A stretch of DNA of 48,201 nt, filler included, from Jimgerdemannia flammicorona (Eukaryota), in NCBI GenBank assembly GCA_003990765.1. It is 2 parts of 2 records of this genome, joined end to end, with 100 filler letters (N's around TTAATTAATTAA, not from the genome) between each part and the next. Parts side by side here need not be neighbours in the genome. Positions count along the whole stretch, not along the records: positions 24,157 to 48,201 come from RBNJ01001025.1; 1 more part is not named here. The stretch is one strand, 5' to 3'. Positions 38,186 to 48,201 of the stretch are shown piece by piece. Every line of letters begins with the position of its first letter. Position 1 is the first letter of the stretch. The notes beneath the pieces are model-generated. The model was not told the DNA's origin, made no database searches, and saw only the letters and a program-made list of their open reading frames with translations. Made by a program: the position numbers and the translations under genes.

Positions 38186-38463
38186 TAGCTCAGATATGGC
38201 CTTATATATATATTGGGATTTGGGTATATACTTTTAGTTATAGATATATAGTTATTTACTCTCTAGTAGTAGGAAGAGTATAGTATATAAAATAAGATAT
38301 AGATAACTTTACTTTACTATATCTGATATGGTTAAGCTACTAAATAATAGTTAGCCTAGATTTAATAAGGATATAGTACTCAGTGGGTAGTGGGAGAGGG
38401 TTTTGGCCTATATAGTTTAGATTCTCTTCCAATAAAAATCCATAAGACTTTAAGTCTATAAAA

Positions 38464-38511
<48 letters not shown>

Positions 38512-38520
38512 TATAAAAAG

Positions 38521-39132
38521 TAGTACTCTAAATGAGTCAATTTAATCCAGATTGAATTTGAATTGAATTCAGATTGAATCCCATTCAGATCAACTCAGAT
38601 AGAAAATAAGCTGATCTGGATTGATTTGAATTAACTATTATTTTGATTTCCAAATTAGACAATTAAATATTTATATTAATAACTTAGTAAATAATTATCC
38701 AATTTTAATAATCTTAATATTCTTTAAAAGCCCTTAATAAGACCTTTCAATGATATCAAAAAAATTAAAATTGGATTATGTATTATTAAGCTATTAAGAA
38801 AAATATTTTTTTAAAGAAATTTCCAAAATCAGCATGTTAAATAATTTTCAAAATTGGAGAGTTGGACATTTTTCTTGATAATTTAGCAATATATGATCTA
38901 ATTTCAATGTTCTTGATATAATTAGAAAGGCCTTATTAAAGGCTTTCAAATGATACTAATATTATCAAAATCGGATGATTATTTATCAAGTTATTGATAT
39001 AAACATTTAATTGTCTAATTTGGAAATCAAAACAATAGTTAATTTGAATCAATTCAGATCAGCTCATTTTTCCATTCAAGTTGATCTGAATAGGATTTGA
39101 ATCTGATCTGGATCAGTTCATTTAGAGTACTA
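38521..39132. mobile_element. hAT MITE, same family as 32879-33345
   Basis: TAGTACTCTAAATGA...TCATTTAGAGTACTA with perfect 8-bp TSD ATAAAAAG. Confidence 0.9.
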
Positions 39133-39235
39133 ATAAAAAGAATGCTCAAGAGAAAATCTAAAATAGTGATCAATTAGAACATTACTATTACTATTAAGAA
39201 TTTTCTTTTGAATTATACTGAAGTCCATAGACTGT

Positions 39236-42200
39236 CATCTCTCTCTCTGGTACCACTTGGGTTATACAATCTTTAGAAAGCAACTACAACATCATTTTTG
39301 GAAAAAAGAGACTAGCAACATAGTGACTGACAGATAATCTGAGGTGTGTACTAGGTAGGGTGGCCTGAGCATATTCAACTGGCAGCAGGTGGGGAGAGAT
39401 CCTGGCTTGGAGGGAGGTATGAGGGGGCTGCTGGTGGGTGGATGCAGAAGGGGAGGAGGTGGTAGTGGAGGACAGAGATCTGGGAGGGCAAGCTTTGCCA
39501 AGACAGTGAAGGAGAGAAGACAGACATCAGGGCTAGAGAGTTGGCTGAGAAAAGGCAAGAAAACAGAGAAGGCAACAGTACAGGAGAGAGTAGCCCTTGG
39601 TAGGGGGGGTGGTGGGGCTGGAGGTATAGTGGCTAGAGGGGCATAACAGTTGATAGAGATGGGACTGCTAATCTGGAAAAAAATCCAGATATGACTGTGA
39701 ATAGCATGACTGAGTGACTGGGGCTTAGAAGATAAGAAGATTTGGCAGATGGTGTGATGGGCCTGGCAGTGGTGCCATTACTCAAGAAATCAATCTTGGT
39801 ATTTGTAGTAATACTGTGCTTCTGGGGCCTAGCAGTGATAGCAAAAATGGTACTGGAGCTGATTGCTAAGCAGGTGGCTGGAGCAGTGTTCATAAAGTTT
39901 TTGAAGGGACTAGAGGGAGTGGAGGTGGGCTTTGAGGAGGCTGAGCCTTTGGAGGAAGTACTGAAGGTTGGATTGATAGTTGAGGAGATATATGTTTCAA
40001 TGGTACACTGTCTGAAATGGGATCCCAGGGTGGTCCAATTGCTGGTAAAAGAGATGTCTATAGTGATGGCAGTGGAGACAAGAAGGAGAGTTGAGGAGGT
40101 CATGGCAGAGTATAGAGAGGTGGTGGATATTAGATTCAGAGTCTGGGAGAGGACCTCACTTAGGACTGGGGATGTAGATGTAAGAATTTAGCTGGCAGAG
40201 AAAGAAGCCACTAGGAAGACAAGGGACTGGCCTTTCAGAATGGTCTGGGGGGTAATCTTGTGTAAGGTAATAAGGGTGAAGGGGAGTGAGGAGGAGGAAG
40301 AGAACTTATTAGAAGTACTGAAAGAGTTGAGTAGTGTGGTAGAGCAGCAGGCAAAGGCTTGGAAGGCCTTTGAGGAGGTGATGCACTTAGAGGTGGTAGA
40401 TGAGAGGCAGATTTAAGTGAGCAAGGAGCAGTGGGAACAAGATTAGGGACATAAGAGATAGAAGGAACTGCTGGTAAAGATGGCAGACAGGTCTCCAAAG
40501 GATATGAGTGAAATGGTGGACATGGGGGGGGCCAATGCAAGTGTCTGAGCATGTAACGATTCTAGTTTCTAAATGAGGAAGCGACTAATTCTGGTGTTTC
40601 TAAGTAGCTCAAAGAGATACTAAGGATTCAAGTGTTCTCGAAGGATTTCTGGGAGAAAATATTCTGAGCTTTATTCATGAGAACAAAGGGGTTATTTATA
40701 CAAGATCTGAAAGAAGGATCCGGAAGGATCTGAGAAATCAAAGGAAAATGCCAAGAGGAAAGTTCTTAGCAGAGATGACAAATGATGACAAATAAAGTTC
40801 TACAAGTTTCCAGGACATTCAGTGACTAACTAAATAAGTACTAGTTAATGCTCGGTGCCAAGAAAGGATTTCTAAGCATTCGGAAAGTACCAGAAGGTCA
40901 TAGAATATTAGAGAAAGATAAAGAAAAGGAATAAATTACGCTAAAATGTTACAGAGCAGGTGAGGGTAGTGAGAGTGCTGGGAAGGAGACTGGTGAGAAC
41001 AGGGAGGCAACTGGCAATAATCTATATGCTGATGGTATACTGGAGGTTTGGGACAAGGCATGGGAGAACTCTCCTACCCCTACTCTCCTTATCAGGCAAG
41101 GCCCAGCTTCCCGAAGTAGAGTGGTGGAGGATGTGCCAATGTGGGGGGCCTAGTGAGTACAATTTAGAGTTCTGGAGGTAGCAAAAGGGAGACAAGTGGT
41201 GGCGGCTGGTGAGGAGGAACTGGTGGATGTCTCAGAGGAGTGGAATGAGACTGCGAGTGCTGAGGCTGACACCACAATACTGGATGGCAGGAGGCTGACA
41301 ACCTCTGGAGGAAAGGAGGTGGGAAATCTACTTTGGATGTGTAGGATGATGAACAACCTGGTGGCTGAGGAGCTGGGAGAGGTGGATTTGAGGGTAATAA
41401 GCAATGAGTATTGAGCAAGGATCCTGCAGGGGGAGGGGGTGGTGATGGCATTGAAGGCAGAAATTCTTGCAGTGTATCTGAAGGAGGAAGGCTATGAGAT
41501 AGATAAGGAGTAAAAGGCAGAGATGGCAGGAGTCACAGGAGAGAGGGCTGAATACTGCTAGACCAAGTATCATAGATTATAGCTCTGACAGGAAGCCTGT
41601 CTGGAGTACCAAGAGAAATTTGAGAAGAAGGCAGATAGGGAGATGAATGAGCTGTTGACTGGATTGGAGACTCAGAGGGCTGAAGAGAAGGTGGTGACCA
41701 CAGAACATAATCTGGACTTAGTGCAGGAGGAGATAAATATGGAGCAATAGGGAAGGGCTTAATAACACACCATTCTTCACTATGAATAGTATAACCAATA
41801 TTTTTTCTCTGAACATAAATAGGTTACAGGGTACTTATTGATATAAGAACATTTTTACTTGGCTGAAGGGATTGGAGGCCAATCTCTTCCTCTTGCAGGA
41901 TGTCAAGTGTGAGAATGATTTGGATAGACTAGAATAGACAAAGGAATGGGGAGGTGAGACAGTCTGAAAGGGCAAAGTTGAGATTCTGGTACAGAAAGAC
42001 CAAGGAGAGATAAGGGATATGCAGAGCTGGGGGGATAGATTGGTCTGGGGAGAGTGGATATACACAGGTTGAGAGCCAGTCACAGTGGGCTCCTGTTACT
42101 GCCCTGTGGTATAGAGTGAGCATGTGGATTGGGTGAAGGGCCTATAGGAGAGTGGAATTCTTGGGGAGGTTGGGGTGGATATACTTGGTGGAGACTTCAA

Positions 42201-42333
42201 TATGGTCCAGAACATATTGTGGGATAGAACTGATAGAGGATAGGGAGCTGAGGGTTAGAGTGAAGAACTGGCAGCATGGGAGGAAGTGGAAAGACTGAGT
42301 GCTCTAGTGGATACAGGTAGAGAGTATTGGGGG
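39236..42333 (+). mobile_element. LINE copy C (ORF1 plus start of APE), degenerate, interrupted by copy D
   Basis: Family 5' end, ORF1 relic to TAG 41750, ORF2 ATG 41782, GGDFN. Breaks within APE at the 5' end of copy D. Confidence 0.9.
40552..40953. mobile_element. Solo LTR (402 bp) of a different family
   Basis: TGTAAC...GTTACA with perfect 5-bp TSD GAGCA; LINE ORF1 is colinear across it. Confidence 0.9.
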
Positions 42334-45300
42334 CATCTCTCTCCAGTATCTCTTGGGTTACACAACTTTTGAAAAGCAACTACAATATCGTTTTTGGAGA
42401 AAAGAGACTAGTAACATGGTGACTAACAGGCAATCTGAGATGTATACTGGGCAGGGTGGCCTGAGTGCATTCAACTGACAGTATGTGGAGAGAGGCCCTG
42501 GCCTGAGGGAAGGTATGAGGGGGTTGCTGGCAGGTGGATGTGGAAGGGGAGGAGGCAGTAATAGAGGACAGGGATCTGAGAGGGTGAGCTTTGCTAAGAT
42601 GGTGAAGGAGAGAAGGCAGATATCAGGGCTAGAGAGTTGGTTGAGGAAAGGCAAGGAAATGGAGAAGGTGACAGTATAGGAGGGAGTAGCCCTTGGCAGA
42701 GGGGGCAGTGGGACTGGCGGTATAGTAGCTGGAGAGAGTGTGATGGCTGATGGAGACAGGACTGCTAATCTGAAAAAAAATCCAGATATGACTGTGAATG
42801 ATGCAGCTGAGTAACTGGGGCTTGGGAGATAAGGAGATTTGACAGATAGTGTGATGGGCCTGATAGTGGTACCATTACTCAAGAAATCAATCTCAGTGTT
42901 TGCGGTGACACTGTACTTCTGGGGCCTAGCAGTGATGGTGAAAATGATGCTGGGGCTGATTGCTAAGCAGATGGCTGGAGCAGCATCCATAAAGTTTTTG
43001 AAGGAACTGGAGAGAGTAGAGGTGGGCTTTGAGGAGGCTGAGCCTTTGGAGGAAGCATTGAAGGTTGGATTGATAGTTGGAGAGGTGTGTGTTCCAATGG
43101 CATGATGTCTGAAATGGGATTCCAGAGTGGTCTAACTACTGGTGAAAGGAGTGCCCACAGTGACAGTGGTGGAGACAAGAAGGAGAGTTGAGAAGATCAT
43201 GGCAGAGTATAAAGAGGTGGTGGATATTGGATTCAGAGTCTGGGAGGGGACCTTGCTCAGGACTGGGAATATGGATGTGAGGATTCAGCTAGCAGAGAAA
43301 GAGGCCATCAGGAAGATAAGGGACTGGCCTTCTGATATGATCTGAGGGGTAATCGTATGTAAGGTGACAAGGGTGAAGGGGAGTGAGGAGGAGGAAGAGA
43401 ATCTATTGGAAGTGCTGGAAGAGTTGAGTGGTATGGTGGAGTGGCAGGCAAAGGCTTGGAGGGCCTTTGAGGAGGTGATGCACTTAGAGGTAGTGGATGG
43501 GAAGCAGATTCAAGTGAGCAAGGAGCAGTGGGAATGAGATCAGGGATGTAAGAGACAGAAGGAACTGCTGGCAAAGATAAAGAGTGGGTCTCAGAAGGAT
43601 ACAAGCAGAATGGTGGACACAGGGGGGGCCAAAGTGAGTGTCTGGGCAGGCAAGAGAAGTGGGAGTGCTGAGAGGGGGACTGGTAAGAACAGGGAGGTGA
43701 CTGGCAAGGACCCATATATAGATGGTACACTGGAGGTTTGGGATGAGACATGAGAGGACTCCCCTACTCCTACTCCCCTTATCAGGTGAGGCCCAGCTTC
43801 CCAAAGCAGGGTGGTGGAGAATGTACCAATGTGGGGGGTCCAGCAAGTGCAATTTGGAGTTCCAGAGGTAGCAAAAGGGAGACAAGTGGTGGTGGTCAGT
43901 GAGGAGAAACTGGTGGATGTCCCAGAGGAGTGGGATGAGGCTGCAAGTGCTGGGGCTGACACTATAATGCTGGATGGTGGGAGGCCAGTGACCCCTGGAG
44001 GAAAGGAGGTGGGAAACCTACTTTGGATATGCAGGATAATGAACAACCTGGTGGCCAAGGAGCTGGGAGAGGTGGATTTGAGGGTAATGAGTGATGAGTA
44101 TTGAGCAAGGATCCTGCAGAGGGAGGGAGTGGTGATGGCATTGAAGGTGAAAATTCTTGTGGTATATCTAGAGGAGGAAGGCTATAAGATAGATAAGGAG
44201 TGGGAGGCAGAGATGATGGGAGTCATAGGAGAGAGGGCTGAATACTGCTGGACCAAGTGTTATGGATTGCAGCTCTGGCAGAAAGTCTATACTGAGAGAA
44301 ATTTGAGAAAAAGGCAGATGGGGAGATGAATGAGCTATTGGCTGGACTGGAGGCTCAGAGGGCTGAAGAGGAGGTGGTAACTGCAGAACATAATCTGGAC
44401 TTGACACAGGAGAAGATGAATATAGAGCAGTAGAGAAAGCTTAATAACATATCATTCTTCACTATGAATAGTACAACTAACATTTTTTCTTTGAATGTGA
44501 ATGGGTTATAGGGTGCTTATTGATGTAAGAACATTTTTACTTAGCTGAAGGGATTGGAGGCTGATCTCTTCCTCTTGTAGGATGTCAGGTGTGAGGATGA
44601 TTTGGATAGACTGGAATGGATGAAGGAGTGGGGAGATGAGGCAGTCTAGAAGGGCAAGGTTGGAATTCTGATGTAGAAAGGCAGAGGGGAGATAAGGGAT
44701 ATGCAGAGCTGGGGGGATAGATTGGTCTGGGGAGAGTGGATATATACAGGTTGGGAGTCAGTCATGGTGGGCTCATGTTACTGCTCTGCAGTATAGGGGG
44801 AGCATGTGAATTGGGTGAGAGGCCTACAGGAGAGTGGAATTCTTGCAGAGGTTGGGGTGAATATGCTCAGTAGGGACTTCAATATGGTCCAAGATATATT
44901 GAGGAATAGAACTGATGGAGGATGAGGAGTAGAGGGTCAGAGTGGAGGACTGATAGTATGGGAGGAAGTGGAAAGACTGAGTGCTCTAGTGGATGTGGGT
45001 AGAGAATGTTGAGGGGATAGGAGGGTGTACACACACTGGGCCAAGGACCTGGGGACAAGGATTGATTGGATTCTGATGGCCAGCTGCTGGGGCTTGGATG
45101 TTTGGAAGTTGCTGGAGGTGGAATAGTGTCCTTGGTCAGATCATTGGGGACTTTTAGGGCAGGGACATTTTGGGGAGAGTGGGGATGGGTCTGGACATTG
45201 GTGTCTCAATTCCTCCTTACTAGATGATAAGATCTGATAGAATGAGTGAGCTGAAGACATTCAACTGAGAGTGGAGTGCTGGAGGCAGAAAGGTGCCCCA

Positions 45301-48201
45301 GTTGGTATTCAGTGGATAAGGATGAAAGAGATGGCCAGGACCTACTGGAGTGAGGCTGATAAGGAAGCTGGGAAACAGAGAAGGCAGTGGGTGCAGTGGA
45401 CTTCTAGTAGACTGTCTAAACTCTTGGAGGACTGGGCAAGACTGGTGACATTGGAGGGAGAGGAGGACTGGAGATTGATAAGGGCAAGAATGGAGGTGGT
45501 TGAACTATAATAGGTGCTGCAGAATGAGGAAGAGGCAAGGGTCCAGGGTCTGGCAACATGGCTTTATTGGCAGGAGTTGGAGGAAGAAGAGCAGCCCTCA
45601 AAGTTTCTCACAAGAGCCCTTCAGGCAAAAAGGGTGCAACAAAGGTGGGAGGGGTGCTTAATGCTGATAGTATATTGGTGCATGGTGTACAAGACATTCT
45701 TGGATTATTAAAGGAGTATTGGAGTGGATTATGGAGTAAGGAGGAGGGTGGGGCAGATACTGAGGCCATTAACTAAGCATTGGAGGATTGGTACCCTACA
45801 TGAGCAGATGGACTGGGTGACTTAGTATTGCTGGTACAAGAGGAGGAGATCCATTAGGTTCTTGCTGTGACAACCTTGGGTATAGTACCTAGGGAGGATG
45901 GTCTGCCCTGGGACTTCTGGAAAAAGATGGTGGGAGTCCCAGAAGTACTGAGAGAGATGATGACACTGTGTAATTAGATTCTACAGATAGGGAGATGGGT
46001 GGGGGAATAGGATCTGAGGCTGGTAATGTTGCTTTATAAGAACAAAGAAAGATAAGAGAACTGGAAGAACTGGAGGCTGATTATGTTACTAGATATGGAC
46101 AGAAAGTTGGTTACCAAGGTAGTGGTTATAAGGTTGTAAAGGGTGGCCCAGCAAGTCTTGGGTGATGAGCAGAGGGGCTTTGTGGGAGGCTGACTCATTA
46201 GGGATGATACAGTATGGGTCTATGGAGTTATTGAAGGGGCATGAGCCAGTGGACTGAATGGATATCTGGTCTTCCTGGACCAGGAGAAGACTTATGACCA
46301 AGTGCAACAGATCTGACTGGTGAAAGTATTGGATAGGATTGGGGTCCCACACCAGTTCAGGTCAGCTATGGTCAGCCTACTGGAAGGAAGTAGGGCTGCA
46401 CTCATGTGTAATGGACACAGAGAGGTAGTATTTCTCCTGAGTAGTATTTCTCCTGGGTAGGGGGGTGCCCCAGGGGGACCCACTGTCCCCCATTTTGTAT
46501 GCTTTTTCTCTGGAGCTCTTTATAGATAGAATCAGATAGAAGATAGTGAGGCTCTCTATCTTTGGCATTGGGTGGAAAGTAGGAGCATTTACAGATGATA
46601 TAGTGGTTGGTCTGAGATCAATTGTAGATATTGAGAAGCTCAAGGAAACAGTAGAGTGGTATGAGGCAAACTCCAGGGCTAGGCTTAACTGGCATAAGTG
46701 TGAAACAATAGTATTAGGCAATAGTCTGGTGGGAGGAGAGATTATTGGTACCATTATCCCTACTGGTGAGGCAGTATGGTACTTGGGTATTTATCTGTCA
46801 GTATATGGGTTGGTTTTGTCTAGACTTTGGTAAGAGCAGTGGGTTGACATCTGGGAGGAGGCCCTGTGGAGTTGGGGGGGCTGCCAATTGTCTCTGGCAG
46901 GACACATTTTGATTCTGAATATCTATTGGCTGCTGAAGTTGTGGTATCTGACTTATCATCTAGACTTCCCAGCTTGGGTGGTAAAGTAATTGATAAAGCT
47001 GGCCAAGGAGTGGATCTGGGCTAGAAGGTGGAGTCAGATCAGCTAGGAGGTCTTATCCTTACTGGTGGTGAGTGGGGGCCTTGGGCTGGTAGACTTTCCT
47101 AAGAGGCTGCACTGCTTGAGAGCATGGTGGCTGAAGAGAGTGGTGGAGTTAAGAGGGGGTGGTTGGGTCTCCCTACTGTAGAAAGTTTGGAAGATGAGGT
47201 CCTCTCTGAGGGGTTTGACTGGTGATCTCCTAACACTTGTTGGCCTTCAGAACACTGAACAATTATGATACAAAGGCTTCTGGTGGGAAGTGGCAGAGGG
47301 GGTGTGCCACATTGAAATTAGGTGGCAGGGAAATGAAGGGGAGGCAGCTTGAGACCCAGCAATATAGAGATGGGACCGAGTGTTACTGGGTGGCATTCCC
47401 TTAATTGAGTTTGACATTAGTGATAGAATCAAATGCCAATGGGGACCAGGCCAGGATCTGTGGTCTAGTAGTTGGCAAGGAGTAGGAATTGGCAAGGAGT
47501 AGGACTGGCATAGCATTTGGGTCTAGAGTGCTGAGGTGAGAAGGTGGCTACTGCCAAAGTACTGAGTGGTCTAGTGGCATATACTGAGGTGGAATATCAT
47601 GCTCAACTTCTGCTCAGGTCACCTTATCAAGGGAGGTTGCTTTGACTGTGAAGAGTGTTATAATGTAGGGTAGGAAGGAGGATATATACAGATATCTAAA
47701 TATTGGCTAGGAGAGTGTGAGGTACTTAGTACCTTTTGGCAGACCATCAGAGATTATTTGGGGGTAGTGTGTAGGGGAGCTGGCATGCAGGGGCAATGGG
47801 AGAATTTAAGAGATAGATTGGAGGAGAGGGTGAGGAAGAAATGGCTTACATTAGGCTGGGCTTTGGCCATTTAGGTGGGGCTGGCCAGTTACTGATTATT
47901 TGTTTTTGAGGATAGGAGGAGACTTAGCTCAGAGGTCAGACTGCTGAGATAGCGTAGCCTTATAGAAGACACCTTGACTGGCTGGTGGCTTGGTTGGGGG
48001 TTGCAGGGGGTTGGAGGCATCATTTGGTAGAGAAAATCTGTAGACAGAGTGGGGGGAGAATTGGAGTTACAGATGAGAAAGTGGTCTTTATTCATATAGA
48101 TGGGGGGAGTGGCACCCTTATGGGGATCAGGTAGTGGGAGGGTATACTGTAAACTTATTAATAGACAGGTAATAAATGGCAGAGTCTAAGTGACTATAAA
48201 A
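42334..48201 (+). mobile_element. Full-length LINE copy D, degenerate (ORF1 42416-44433; ORF2 from 44464)
   Basis: APE (RIDW, SDH), RT (FLDQEKTYD, GVPQGDPLSP, FTDD), CEEC motif, AATAAA and start of poly(A) at the window end. Many TGG>TAG/TGA stops. Confidence 0.93.

Larger units (their letters stand above)
32828..38507 (+). mobile_element. Old copy of the 1.17-kb retroposon split into 32828-32878, 33354-33978, 35171-35378 and 38186-38507 by nested insertions
   Basis: Pieces are colinear with the reverse complement of the other copies. Same 5' end TTCTTTCTCCACTAC; poly(A) ends at 38507. Confidence 0.8.

Noticed and set aside
46425..46456. 16-bp tandem duplication GTAGTATTTCTCCTG(A/G) in copy D RT
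   Set aside because: Ordinary slippage or repair lesion in a dead element.

Overview
Eukaryotic, repeat-dominated window, most likely fungal. The intron-rich genes, L1/Tx1 LINEs and PD-(D/E)xK gene suggest an early-diverging lineage such as Mucoromycota, but this is inference. About 80% is nested transposon sequence: one L1/Tx1-like LINE family (six pieces, one with an intact ORF1), a full-length Ty3/gypsy LTR retrotransposon carrying a dUTPase and a tRNA-Pro PBS, a solo LTR, two hAT transposase relics, three hAT MITEs, a Tc1/mariner with ~205-bp TIRs, and four copies of a fixed-length ~1.17-kb poly(A)-tailed non-autonomous retroposon. A CpG-rich gene island (~25.5-32.2 kb) holds a 10-exon BCS1-like AAA ATPase (+) and a convergent multi-exon PD-(D/E)xK-fold gene (-) with a duplicated structured 107-bp element in an intron. 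Old repeat copies show CpG loss plus many CpA>TpA/TpG>TpA transitions (RIP-like). A 100-nt N gap with a TTAATTAATTAA linker at 24057-24156 means the two halves may not be adjacent. All calls are from manual reading; no database searches were run.
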